A stretch of DNA of 50,485 bases from an uncultured Candidatus Saccharibacteria bacterium (lineage in GTDB: Bacteria > Patescibacteriota > Minisyncoccia > Phycocordibacterales > UBA12079), in the NCBI GenBank assembly GCA_964608745.1, contig CAZSPC010000004.1, positions 1-50,485 of the forward strand. Reading direction: 5' to 3'. Made by a program: the position numbers and the translations under genes. Shown here piece by piece: positions 18,898-28,903 of the stretch; within the stretch, counting starts at the first letter, position 1, and each line of letters opens with the position of its first letter. The notes beneath the pieces are model-generated. The model was not told where the DNA came from, did no database searches, and was given only the letters and a program-made list of their open reading frames with translations.

Positions 18898-19208
18898 CCA
18901 ACAGCAAGCTGAAAGACAATCAATAAGTACACTTATATAATAGCTCACTAGAAAAAATTTGCAAGTGCTTTTTTTGTTATAAAACAAATTCAATTTTTTG
19001 TCAAAAACTAATCTATACTTTGATTGCTCTCGCTCTGCGTCGTTAATAAAACTGAAGATCGCCGATTTTGAAAAAATTTTTAAATTATTTCAAAACTAGA
19101 TGAAGTTCGATTTTATTTGTATAGAAATGGAGGAAGTTGTATAACTAATACTGTGACTGACATTTCTATACAAAGAAAAATGAAATTCGCTAGTTTTGGG
19201 ATAATTTA

Positions 19209-20885
19209 TTACAGTTCGCGCTTTTCTGGTAGAATAGCCCTAGACTTCCAGACCCGTCTATTGAAAGCTTTTCTAATTTCTTTTAGTTCTGAGTTCTTCA
19301 TTAGAGCCAAAATAATAATTCCAGCAATAATCCCAATAAGCCCCGAAAATAATCCTTGCATAAAGATTCCGCTAAGTGTATTTAAATCAAAAACCTCTCC
19401 AAAAACTTCCAAGAATTTATATGCCACAAAGCCCATAATGATTGAAGCAAAAAGTGAATGCCAAAAAGTTTGAGAAATCGAACCAATAAAATTCTTAAAA
19501 TCTTTATTAAAAATAACAATCAACAATATTGCATTTAAAATAACTCCCAATGAATAACTAAGAGCCAAAGTTAGCACAACTGTTCCATTAAGATCCTCCA
19601 CTCTAAACATTGACTCTATAAAATATCTTGCCATCTCAAAATTTGTAAAAACCCAACTCAATAAATAAGCCCAACCAATTATTGTCACCGAAGAAAACAC
19701 ATTAATCAAAAGAGGTCTTTTGGTATCTCCCATTGCATAATATCCACGGATAAAAAGTAAAATTAATGATTGAGCAGCCACTGAAAAAGCAAACATTGCT
19801 AAACAAGCCGCAGTTAATCTAGTATCAGTCCAATCAAATTCCCCTGTTCCTAAAATGGTTCTAACAATCTGTGCCCGTAAAACAATAAATAAAACTAAAG
19901 CTGGCATTGACCAAAAAATAACGTGGCGAGAAGCTGATATTATCTGTTCCAAAAACTTATCTTTTTCTCCTTTGGAAAATAATTTCGCCAGGGTTGGAAA
20001 AGCAGCTACCGAATAACTAACACCAATAATACTCATCGGCACTGATTGAAGATTAAAAGAAAATGAAAATACAGAAATTGCTCCCACGCCCATAACCGAC
20101 GCCATTCCTACAAGAAAAAAGAAAGCAATCTGATTAGCTGACATTGTTAAGGTTCTGGGTAAAGATAACAAAAAGGTCTTCTTAACATCTGAGAAATGAA
20201 TCTTCTTGGTAAATCTCGGTAATAGACGAACTTCCCCAGCTACCGGCACTTGGATAATTAGATGCAATAAAGCTCCAAGAACAACTCCAAAAGCAAGTCC
20301 TGTTAACCCAAACTTTGGATAGAAAAAGAAAATCCCAAAAATAATACCGAGGTTATACAAAAGAGGGCTAATGGCATAAACCAAAAACTTTTTTCTAATT
20401 TGAATGATACTTGCAAATAAATTAGATAAGCCCAAAAGAATTGGAGAAAGAAGTAAGATTCTAGTTAAAGATATAACTTGTTTTAAATTTTCACCAGTAA
20501 ATCCTGGGAAGACCCATTCAATAATAAGTGGGGTGAAAATAAAAACAATTCCACTAATCGCGATAATGAAGAGAAAGAAGGTTGTAAAAATACTATCAAT
20601 AAATTCTCGCATCGCACCGTTCCCTTGTTTATCTTTCTCGGCAAGAAACGGAATCAAAACAGATATAGAAACAATAGACGCAACAGTAATAAAAATGAAG
20701 TCAGGAACACGAAAAGCAGCATAATAAATATCAAGAGTATCCCCTGCACCAAAAAAGTACGCCAACGATCTATCTCGAAGCAGTGCTAATAAGTGTGAAG
20801 CAAAAGCAAAAGCACCCAAAAGATAAGCGGCCTGATGGAGACCGCTTATTTCTTTGTTTAAAAATTTAAAAACTTTTGTTACCAC
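19209..20885 (-). CDS. murJ: lipid II flippase MurJ (MviN)
   Basis: LRDR, DIYYAAFRVPD, FPTLA, RGYYAMGDTKRP; many TM helices. Confidence 0.92.
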   Translation of the reverse strand: MVTKVFKFLNKEISGLHQAAYLLGAFAFASHLLALLRDRSLAYFFGAGDTLDIYYAAFRVPDFIFITVASIVSISVLIPFLAEKDKQGNGAMREFIDSIFTTFFLFIIAISGIVFIFTPLIIEWVFPGFTGENLKQVISLTRILLLSPILLGLSNLFASIIQIRKKFLVYAISPLLYNLGIIFGIFFFYPKFGLTGLAFGVVLGALLHLIIQVPVAGEVRLLPRFTKKIHFSDVKKTFLLSLPRTLTMSANQIAFFFLVGMASVMGVGAISVFSFSFNLQSVPMSIIGVSYSVAAFPTLAKLFSKGEKDKFLEQIISASRHVIFWSMPALVLFIVLRAQIVRTILGTGEFDWTDTRLTAACLAMFAFSVAAQSLILLFIRGYYAMGDTKRPLLINVFSSVTIIGWAYLLSWVFTNFEMARYFIESMFRVEDLNGTVVLTLALSYSLGVILNAILLIVIFNKDFKNFIGSISQTFWHSLFASIIMGFVAYKFLEVFGEVFDLNTLSGIFMQGLFSGLIGIIAGIIILALMKNSELKEIRKAFNRRVWKSRAILPEKREL

Positions 20886-20934
20886 AACTAATTATTTATT
20901 ATACTGTTAGCAAACAGATTTCCACCTTATTAAA

Positions 20935-21099
20935 ATTATTTCAAATTTAGATGCATAGGTCGTTGCTCCCTCTTATTCTTTTGTTTTAAAAGGAATAATT
21001 TGAAGAGGAGCACGAGTGAAATTTTGCGAGGTGTATCGTGAATACAGCGAACGAAATTTCACGAAGTGCGACAAAGCTATGCGCTAAATTTGGAATAAT
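20935..21099. other. branched hairpin element filling the intergenic gap
   Basis: Closing stem ATTATTTCAAATTTAG..GCATAG / CTATGC..CTAAATTTGGAATAAT with two internal arms. Confidence 0.7.
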
Positions 21100-21100
21100 T

Positions 21101-23230
21101 TTATTCTTCGATGACGCTTTCTGATGATACCTCATCATTATCTTCAATTGCAGATTCTTCTTCCGAAACCTGACCTAATCCATAAAATGGTCTATACCCC
21201 CTTTCTAGATTTGCTAAAATACTTTTCACTTCTTCGTTATCAGGATTTAGTAATACCAAATCCTTAAATTGCAAAACAGCATCATCATTTCTATCAAGTT
21301 CATAATAAGTTAACCCCAGTAAATATTTAGCATCAGAGTAATTTGGCTTTAACATAACTGCCTTTTCCAAAGTAACAAGTGCATTATCATAATTTTCTCT
21401 CCGATATTCAAGCAATCCAGCAATAAAAGGAATGGATGGATTTCTCAAACTTAAATTCGAAGCATTAATATATGACGTAATAGCTTGTTGATAAGCACCT
21501 TCAACTCCATAAGAATCAATTACTTCATATACCTTTCCCAAAGATAACCAGTTCTGATAATTAATTGTATTCACTTCAACTGCTTTTTGAGCAAAAATAA
21601 TAGCATCGTCAAGATTTTTTTGAAAAACTGATGAAACCTCTTCTTTCGATAATTCTTGATTAGTTGTAATTTCTTGAAGTTTAATTAATTTAATATCTGA
21701 CAAATATCGATAAAACACATCAGAATTTGACAAACGAACCGATTGTACAAGGTAAGTTTCGCCTTTTTCAAAATCTCCGCCCTGATTAATAACATTTAAT
21801 CCTTTGTTACCATAAATTGTTGCAACATATTTTTGACCCATTGCATAAACCCCAACAGCTGATACTAATACCAAAGCCACAATAACAATACTATAAATAA
21901 AATTAATCTTTTCTGTCTGCTTAAAATCAATTATTTGAAAATCAAGAAGTTTATTTTGCAACAATATTCCCAAAGACATTCCAGTAAAAATAAAAGTTAG
22001 ACCCAGTACAGCATTTGAGGGAACATAAAATAATATATAAACCCAAAAGTAAGTTGTTTCGACAAAGACTAATGAACTTAGAACATCCGCTTTAGCTCTC
22101 ATAAACCGAAAACCTTGATACAGCAATGTAACCAAAAAACTAAGCCAAGCTAAAAATCCAATCACACCTACATTTACCAAAGACGAGAGGATGAAACTAA
22201 ACCCTGTATTAAAGTCTGTATTCCAAAAAACTGTATTATTAACACTCAGTGGCTTGTGATTTGACCATTGTTTTACAAAGGTGTTTGGACCTGTACCTAT
22301 TACAATATCTTTTCCTCTTAAACCTGCTTTAGCAACATCCAAAGTCCCTTGAATAGAGGGTCTGATCTCACTGTCGGCAACATTTAATTTATCTCCCAAA
22401 AAAACCGCACTACCACCCACATTAAAAATAAAGATAACCGATATAACAAAAACAATTAAAGAAGTGATGGGCTTTTTAAACTTATCATCTGAAAAAAGAT
22501 TAAAGATAGCCGCAAGGAGAGAAAACAGACCAACAACAACCCAACTTAATGTAAAATTAACTAGACTCAAAAAAAAGATTGACACCACAAGGGTAATATA
22601 ACTCAAAATTTTTACTTTTCCATCTCTTTTTGAAACATCAATAAGCCAAAGAGATGCCACCGAAAGAAGTCCGTAGATTATACCTAGCTCATTCCACTTC
22701 CCTAACAAATTAGCATTTGAGTTTGTGGCGAGTCCAAAAGGCAAAATACCCTCTCCTATAATCAGTCTTAATAATTGGAAAATTGAAAGAATAATAAAAG
22801 ATACTAGAATTGATAATAAAGTGTAATAAATTTTTGTTTTGTTATTTACAACAGAAGAAGTCACAAACATCAAAACAAATAATGTTAAAATAAAGGCTAG
22901 TGTACCAACCTCAAAACCTTGTCCAATAAGAGAATTCATTACTGACCCGGAAAAAAAGGTCGAAACTAAGTAAATAGCAGGTACAGAAAACCCAATCAAA
23001 AAAATAGAATTCTTAGGAATAGAAATAGCACTCTCTTTTAATTTAAACAGAAGCCAAAAAATAAAAAGAAGACCTGTTGCAAGATATATCAAAATAGCTT
23101 TTCCAAATAAAAAATTAAAAGACGGAAAAGGTATAAAAAAGATTGGTAACAAAAATACCAATATTAAAAATATTGAAAAAGATACTTTATCAAAAACCAT
23201 TTCTTGGTTTTTTGTTTTTGCTTCTGTCAT
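21101..23230 (-). CDS. polytopic membrane protein (O-antigen ligase-like) with C-terminal TPR repeats
   Basis: About 13 TM helices; GTGPNTF loop; TPR-like C-terminus (KPNYSDAKYLLGL). Confidence 0.8.
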   Translation of the reverse strand: MTEAKTKNQEMVFDKVSFSIFLILVFLLPIFFIPFPSFNFLFGKAILIYLATGLLFIFWLLFKLKESAISIPKNSIFLIGFSVPAIYLVSTFFSGSVMNSLIGQGFEVGTLAFILTLFVLMFVTSSVVNNKTKIYYTLLSILVSFIILSIFQLLRLIIGEGILPFGLATNSNANLLGKWNELGIIYGLLSVASLWLIDVSKRDGKVKILSYITLVVSIFFLSLVNFTLSWVVVGLFSLLAAIFNLFSDDKFKKPITSLIVFVISVIFIFNVGGSAVFLGDKLNVADSEIRPSIQGTLDVAKAGLRGKDIVIGTGPNTFVKQWSNHKPLSVNNTVFWNTDFNTGFSFILSSLVNVGVIGFLAWLSFLVTLLYQGFRFMRAKADVLSSLVFVETTYFWVYILFYVPSNAVLGLTFIFTGMSLGILLQNKLLDFQIIDFKQTEKINFIYSIVIVALVLVSAVGVYAMGQKYVATIYGNKGLNVINQGGDFEKGETYLVQSVRLSNSDVFYRYLSDIKLIKLQEITTNQELSKEEVSSVFQKNLDDAIIFAQKAVEVNTINYQNWLSLGKVYEVIDSYGVEGAYQQAITSYINASNLSLRNPSIPFIAGLLEYRRENYDNALVTLEKAVMLKPNYSDAKYLLGLTYYELDRNDDAVLQFKDLVLLNPDNEEVKSILANLERGYRPFYGLGQVSEEESAIEDNDEVSSESVIEE

Positions 23231-23400
23231 AAATTTTGTTAGAAAATTAAAAAGTTAATAAGTTAGAAAGTGAAAATTTTTTGCGAAGCAAAAAATTTTC
23301 AAACACCACTCACCCTAAATCATAAATTAATTATATATTTATTACATTATAAAACATAAAAAACAAAAAACCAGTGAATTAATCACTGATTTTAACATTT

Positions 23401-23430
23401 GAAAACCCCCGATCGAAATCGGGGGTGAAA
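23401..23430 (-). terminator. intrinsic terminator closing the candidate ncRNA
   Basis: Minus strand CCCCCGATTTCGATCGGGGG followed by TTTT. Confidence 0.7.
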
Positions 23431-23965
23431 ATTAAAATAAAGAACTAAATCAAAAGGGTAAGAAATCGGAAAGAATTTCTGTACCCCAATCTACTTTGTT
23501 TGTCGAGAGGGGCGCGAACCTCTGCGGTTTTACGACGACTCCTAGATGATAGCTTTCCGGTCAATCTAGGAACCTCCGGTCGGTTTTATCTAAAAAACCA
23601 TATCGCTACTTCCATATAACCGACAATTCTTCGTGGAAGAGCGAGCCTTACCGTAACCTTCTATTCAGAAGATTAACCTTTTTTCCAACCCGAAATGCTT
23701 TGCCGGCTAAGACGGTGTAAAGCGTCGGGGAGAACCTCCATTTAGGAGGCCAGTTCTTTTCGTCTGGTTCTCAAAGAACGAGTAGAACTATTGGCCTCAA
23801 CATGCCCCACCTTGATGGGGGCTCGATCTTCCGGCGAGAGAAAAACAATTCAATCGTCGCCGAACCAGGCTCTTTTGTCCTGGATTTGAGATAATACCCG
23901 AAAGTATTACCTCAAATTCAAGACAATGCCTGTACGCCTTTTTTATATTTAATATTTCAACTTTC
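23430..23965 (-). ncRNA. candidate large structured RNA of unrecognised family
   Basis: GC-enriched, no ORF of 60 aa or more, at least 8 stems; promoter upstream and terminator downstream. Confidence 0.7.
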
Positions 23966-23972
23966 TGCTATA

Positions 23973-24001
23973 AGTCTAGCATAGTTGATTTTATTTGTCA
24001 A
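23973..24001 (-). promoter_or_regulatory. sigma70-type promoter
   Basis: TTGACA-N17-TAGACT with TG extension. Confidence 0.8.
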
Positions 24002-24055
24002 GTGTTTTTTCGAAGAAAATTATTTTTTCAAAAAATTCCTAACTATCTGACTATA

Positions 24056-25381
24056 TTATACACAATTTAAAACATTTGTCAAGTCCTTTTCGTTCAACTT
24101 CTTTTGCTCCCCTGTTTCCATATCTTTCAAAGTATAAACTTTTTCGCTAATTTCTTCTTCTCCAACAAACACTACATAGGGAATATTTAACCTATCAGCA
24201 TATCCAATTTTTTTCTTCATTTTTCCTTCTACCAAAGAAAATTCTGTGGAAACACCAGCACCTCTCAATTTATCAGCAATTTTAAAACCATATTCAAAAC
24301 TTTCCTTATTCGTTGGGACAACTAAAACTTTTGTCGGTGTAGCAGAACCTACTTTTAATACGCCTTTTTTCAGAAGTTGGTCAAATAATCTAGTCAAACC
24401 AATTGAGATACCAACCCCAGGTAGTTGCCGACTGATATAAGTCCCAGCTAAATCATCATATCGTCCACCAGAACAAACTGACCCGATTTCCGGATAATCA
24501 TTCAATCTTGTTTCGTAAACTGTACCAGTATAATAATCTAATCCACGAGCAACAGTCAGGTCAATTTCGAAGCTCTCTTCTGGTACACCCATTTTTTTTA
24601 TTAAATCAGTAAGAATCTCTAATTCTTCTACCCCCTCATCGAAAAGTAAATTACTTACCTCAAATTTTTTCAACTTACTTATTACTTTTTCTGAATCTCC
24701 TTTTATTTGCAGAAAATCAAAAATCCTGTCAACAACCGCCGGCTCAAATTTCATTTTTTCAATTTCCTTTCTAACCTCTTTTTCACCAACTTTTTCAAGC
24801 TTATCAATTACCTGTATTACTTCAACTGATTTATCTTTTATGCCAAGACCTTCAAACAAACCGCTTAAAACTTTTCGATTATTAATTCGAATAGTGAAAT
24901 CACCTATATTCAAATTTTTAAAAATTGAATAAATAATACTTGGAATTTCAGCGTCATAAGCAATGTCCAATTTTTCATCACCAATGACATCAATATCACA
25001 TTGATAAAATTCTCGAAAACGACCAGCTTGCGCCCGTTCCCCCCTATATACCTTGCCGATGGCATACCTTTTAAATGGGAAAACCAGTCGCCCCCTATTT
25101 TCAGCCACATACCGAGCAAGTGGGACAGTTAAGTCAAACCGCATCGCCAAATCACGATCTCCCTTTTTGAATTGGTAGATTTGCTTTTCAGTCTCCCCTC
25201 CCGCCTTCGCCATCAAAACCTCTGCCCTTTCTAAAACCGGGTTGTCCATTGACACAAAACCAAACTTTTCATAAGTTTCCCGAATAGTATCCACCATCGA
25301 ATTAAACACCAACTGTTCAGCCGGCAACAACTCCATAAACCCCGATAAAGGTTTTGTTATTATTTTATTCAAATTAATCAT
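24056..25381 (-). CDS. hisS: histidine--tRNA ligase
   Basis: MRFDLTVPLARY, GRFREFYQCD, RGLDYYTG, SGGRYD. Confidence 0.98.
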   Translation of the reverse strand: MINLNKIITKPLSGFMELLPAEQLVFNSMVDTIRETYEKFGFVSMDNPVLERAEVLMAKAGGETEKQIYQFKKGDRDLAMRFDLTVPLARYVAENRGRLVFPFKRYAIGKVYRGERAQAGRFREFYQCDIDVIGDEKLDIAYDAEIPSIIYSIFKNLNIGDFTIRINNRKVLSGLFEGLGIKDKSVEVIQVIDKLEKVGEKEVRKEIEKMKFEPAVVDRIFDFLQIKGDSEKVISKLKKFEVSNLLFDEGVEELEILTDLIKKMGVPEESFEIDLTVARGLDYYTGTVYETRLNDYPEIGSVCSGGRYDDLAGTYISRQLPGVGISIGLTRLFDQLLKKGVLKVGSATPTKVLVVPTNKESFEYGFKIADKLRGAGVSTEFSLVEGKMKKKIGYADRLNIPYVVFVGEEEISEKVYTLKDMETGEQKKLNEKDLTNVLNCV

Positions 25382-25388
25382 TAATAAA

Positions 25389-25416
25389 ATACTAACTCAT
25401 CCAAAAACTATGTCAA
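25389..25416 (-). promoter_or_regulatory. hisS promoter, probably giving a leaderless mRNA
   Basis: TTGACA-N16-TAGTAT ending 7 nt before the ATG. Confidence 0.6.
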
Positions 25417-25459
25417 CAAAAAAAGAGCGGGTATTTATACCCGCTCATTATCAGAGAAA

Positions 25460-26623
25460 TTATCCGATAGGACAACGCTCTCTTACTTGAACCATTTTTT
25501 CATAAGCCTGACCAGACAAAAGAACTTCTTTGGCCTTCTTATAACATTCAATCAAATCTTCAGAATAACCACCAAGCATCAGCAACAAAGCTGCATTAGC
25601 TAAGAAGATTTTGTTTTGCCCCCGAGTTGCTTTTCCTCGTAACACATCAAGCGAGTAAGTTCCTTTACTACCCACAGGTGTCACATCATCCAAAGAAACA
25701 TCAGCGATACCAAAATCCCCCGCTCTTAGATAATAACTTCTGATGCTTTCATCTTTGAGCTCGGTTACCCTGGTACCCCCAGAACAAACAGAAACTTCAT
25801 CCATCCCATCTGACAATCCGTTATCAATAAATCCACGGATAAACAAACCGTGTTTTAAATCGGTAACACCTTTATCATTCAAGATTTTGTATGCTTCTGC
25901 GACGATTTCTGTAGGAACTAAATGATTAATTCCCAAAATTTTCTTTGTCATAAGCTTTGGGTCTACCGGAGATGTTATCGGTCCGATAATATCATTCATA
26001 TGAGGTAATTGTGCAATATTGTGAGTATGAGTGTGAATAGCCTTATATCTAGTATCACAGGCTTCAGTATACCCAAAATGTAAATCTTCCACACAACTCC
26101 TCACAACATTCTTATGTGCATAATTATCAATACCACAAATATGAGAGATAAAATCAGAGCTACCATGACGCCCTTTGTCAGCATTAGCCGGCGATCCATG
26201 CTTGCACATATAAATTCCAGAGGAGGCTGCAATAAATGCAGAAACGGTACTGATGTTTCCAGTCACAACCATATCTCCACCCATACCACAGTTATCAATT
26301 ACATATGGTGCATCAGGAGACAAAAAGCCAAATTCTGACTTTTTTATATCCTCATCAAAAACAGCGGTACAAACTCCAGCAATCTGTTCAGCAGCATTCT
26401 CGGGTAAATAATGCTCATGGGAATTTTTACCATTATTCTTCCATCTATATGTAGCGGAAGTATGCAAAGCACATAAGCAAGCAACACTTTGTATAGCATC
26501 CAAGCTACTCTTTTGTTTTTTACAAGCATTGACTGCCATCACCCCAAGAGCATACGCTTCTTCATAATTCAATGGGATGTTTTGATAAGCGTGATTTTTC
26601 AAAATATGTTTTATATCAACCAT
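25460..26623 (-). CDS. anthranilate phosphoribosyltransferase-like protein (TrpD family, divergent)
   Basis: DNCGMGGD, NISTVSAF, KHGS, GSSD, IIGP, GMDEVS. Confidence 0.82.
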   Translation of the reverse strand: MVDIKHILKNHAYQNIPLNYEEAYALGVMAVNACKKQKSSLDAIQSVACLCALHTSATYRWKNNGKNSHEHYLPENAAEQIAGVCTAVFDEDIKKSEFGFLSPDAPYVIDNCGMGGDMVVTGNISTVSAFIAASSGIYMCKHGSPANADKGRHGSSDFISHICGIDNYAHKNVVRSCVEDLHFGYTEACDTRYKAIHTHTHNIAQLPHMNDIIGPITSPVDPKLMTKKILGINHLVPTEIVAEAYKILNDKGVTDLKHGLFIRGFIDNGLSDGMDEVSVCSGGTRVTELKDESIRSYYLRAGDFGIADVSLDDVTPVGSKGTYSLDVLRGKATRGQNKIFLANAALLLMLGGYSEDLIECYKKAKEVLLSGQAYEKMVQVRERCPIG

Positions 26624-27608
26624 TTTTTGACCCTCCTCTCATTCTTTTTATCTTTTGACTTAATACAAATTTCCAATTTGCCAAATTTCCATTAATAACA
26701 GTAATTCCCAAACTAATTAAGACAAAACCAGCCCAAAATTGATTTGTTAGAATCATAGATTCTCCATGCCAAACAAACGCAATAAACGCAGCTATAACAG
26801 GAAAAAAATAATCTAGATTATTTACAAAATTAAACTCGCCAGCATAACTATATGCTTGCAATTTCAACAAAACAGGAAGAAAAATTGTTACAAAACCTAT
26901 AACGAAAAGTATAAACAAAACTGATGAGTCTATAAACATAGAAACACCGATGCTTAAATTATAGATAAACAACAATATGCTTCCCCCTAACGTTCTCAAA
27001 CAACTTATTTGTAACCCAGAAAGCTTCGTGATGACCTGAACTTTTCTTTCTGAAACATGCATCCATGCTTTTGCTATTGCCATAAAACAAATTATAAGCA
27101 TGAATAAATTAACTGCTTCGAAAAAAGAAGAGGCCGTTATCCCCTGCAAAACAATAGTCCCCCAAATACACAAAACCAATGCGACTGATAAGTTTTTAAA
27201 ACCTGGAAGCTTCTCTTTTAAAAACCAAGCAGACAACAAAATCCCAAAAAAAGGACTGAGTCTCAAAAGAGTTGTTGATTCTGTTACTGTAACTGTATGT
27301 AATATTTTTACATATAAGGTATAAAGAAGTGCTGATGCAAAACAAGAAGTAATGAGATAAGGTAATACACCCTGCTTATTTTGAAAATCACGTAAATTAT
27401 TCTTAATTGTGTTTTCATCATTCCTAAGATCACAAACCAGTAACCAAATAAAAGCAGGTAGACCACCCAAAAACATAAGATACATCGTAGCAACACTGGG
27501 TGGTATGTTTGTACCGAGTTCTATAAATTTTTTATAACCATTTGGTCCCAATGCCCCCAAACACATACACATACAAGCAATCAAAAAAACTTTTAATTTA
27601 TTATCCAT
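26616..27608 (-). CDS. EamA/DMT family transporter
   Basis: About 10 TM helices; LSPFF...FLKEK and PVIA...WHGE repeat motifs; 8 bp overlap with the TrpD-like gene. Confidence 0.82.
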   Translation of the reverse strand: MDNKLKVFLIACMCMCLGALGPNGYKKFIELGTNIPPSVATMYLMFLGGLPAFIWLLVCDLRNDENTIKNNLRDFQNKQGVLPYLITSCFASALLYTLYVKILHTVTVTESTTLLRLSPFFGILLSAWFLKEKLPGFKNLSVALVLCIWGTIVLQGITASSFFEAVNLFMLIICFMAIAKAWMHVSERKVQVITKLSGLQISCLRTLGGSILLFIYNLSIGVSMFIDSSVLFILFVIGFVTIFLPVLLKLQAYSYAGEFNFVNNLDYFFPVIAAFIAFVWHGESMILTNQFWAGFVLISLGITVINGNLANWKFVLSQKIKRMRGGSKNG

Positions 27609-27669
27609 GGTATACTCCCACCTCCCGAAAATGTTTATTGTTTTTAAAGATCAGTATTATCTACTTACA

Positions 27670-27697
27670 AGTCTAGTCATATGGACACACTTGTCAA
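27670..27697 (-). promoter_or_regulatory. sigma70-type promoter of the EamA/TrpD-like operon
   Basis: TTGACA-N16-TAGACT; GGGAGG RBS downstream. Confidence 0.6.
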
Positions 27698-27757
27698 TAG
27701 ATAATGGCAATGTTTACATAACAATTACAAAATGTTAAATTTATGCTTATATAAATT

Positions 27758-28579
27758 ATGCAAAATAAACTAAAAAAGATTTTTAATAAAGATAGAAATA
27801 TCGTTATAGGTGCTCTACATTTTCCGCCTCTTTTGGGATACCCAGATTTCCCAGGAATGGATGTTGCCCTAGAGAATGCCCTAAAAGATTTAAGTGCTTT
27901 TGAAAAGGGTGGTGTTGATGCAATAATTTTTGAAAATAATTATGATTTCCCCCACAAAGAATTTGTTGATACAGGCACAATCGCTTCAATGACATATTTA
28001 GGAGAAAAAATTAAAAAAAATACAAATTTACCCTTAGGAATAAGCGTTTTGTGGAATGATTACAAAACAGCTTTAACAATTGCAAAAATATTAGATTTAC
28101 AATTTGTTAGAATTCCGGTTTTTGTAGATGACGTAAAAACAAATTATGGAAAAATAAAAGCAGATGCTGAAAAAGTTATTGAATTCAAAAAAAAAATAGA
28201 CGCAGAAAATATCCTAATTTTTACAGATATCCATGTAAAACATGCCGAAATAACTTCTGACTATACACTGGAAGAATCAGCAAAACTTGCCTTAGAAAAA
28301 GGTTCGGACGGCCTAATCCTCACAGGCAAATGGACCGGCGAAAGCCCTGATTTAAATGATCTTAAAAAAATAAAAACGATTATAAAAGATTTTCCAGTTA
28401 TATTAGGTAGTGGTATAGATATAACAAATATAAAAAATTTATTTGAATATTCAAATGGTGCCATGGTTAGTACATCTCTAAAAGAAGGAGAAGTTAATAA
28501 CGGGGAAATTAATGTAAAGTCATACAAACAAAGAATTGATTTGCAGAAAGTGGAGAAGCTCACCAGAGCTATAAATTAA
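27758..28579 (+). CDS. BtpA/SgcQ family TIM-barrel protein
   Basis: IGALHFPPLLG, GGVDAIIFENNYDFP, DIHVKHA, LTGKWTG, GSG. Confidence 0.92.
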   Translation: MQNKLKKIFNKDRNIVIGALHFPPLLGYPDFPGMDVALENALKDLSAFEKGGVDAIIFENNYDFPHKEFVDTGTIASMTYLGEKIKKNTNLPLGISVLWNDYKTALTIAKILDLQFVRIPVFVDDVKTNYGKIKADAEKVIEFKKKIDAENILIFTDIHVKHAEITSDYTLEESAKLALEKGSDGLILTGKWTGESPDLNDLKKIKTIIKDFPVILGSGIDITNIKNLFEYSNGAMVSTSLKEGEVNNGEINVKSYKQRIDLQKVEKLTRAIN

Positions 28580-28592
28580 TCTGGATCATATA

Positions 28593-28621
28593 AAAAAGGC
28601 CTGTATACATTACAGGCCTTT
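28593..28621. terminator. bidirectional terminator
   Basis: AAAGGCCTGTA-TACAT-TACAGGCCTTT. Confidence 0.7.
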
Positions 28622-28627
28622 GATCAT

Positions 28628-28903
28628 TTAAGCAATTTGAAGTTTTTTTCGTTTAACTTCATGAAAAAACATACCAGCATTGGGACAAACCTTTTTTTCT
28701 TGTTTTAATTTTGAAAAACGACAAGAGCATATTAAACAGAAAAAAACACCAACGCTATCTAAATCTTTTTCCTTAACAATGCCGTCAGAATTTCCAACGA
28801 GGTTTTTACATATAGGACAACTAGGACGTGGGTCGTGCGACGAAAAAGAGACCCTGCAATCACAACAATACATTTTTTTTCTACAATCAACTGTTGCTTT
28901 CAT
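28628..28903 (-). CDS. small double zinc-ribbon protein
   Basis: CCDC...CPIC and CLIC...CPN; GAGGAG RBS. Confidence 0.65.
   Translation of the reverse strand: MKATVDCRKKMYCCDCRVSFSSHDPRPSCPICKNLVGNSDGIVKEKDLDSVGVFFCLICSCRFSKLKQEKKVCPNAGMFFHEVKRKKLQIA

Noticed and set aside
23430..23965. RNase P RNA, tmRNA or self-splicing intron
   Set aside because: No GAGGAAAGUCC/ACAGAA-type RNase P motifs, no tRNA-Ala-like ends, and no recognisable group I P7 or group II domain V by eye; cmscan is still needed.
27643..27655. boxA-like GATCTTTAAAA as a shared leader motif of orphan cassettes
   Set aside because: Not clearly present in the other SD-led leaders in this window.
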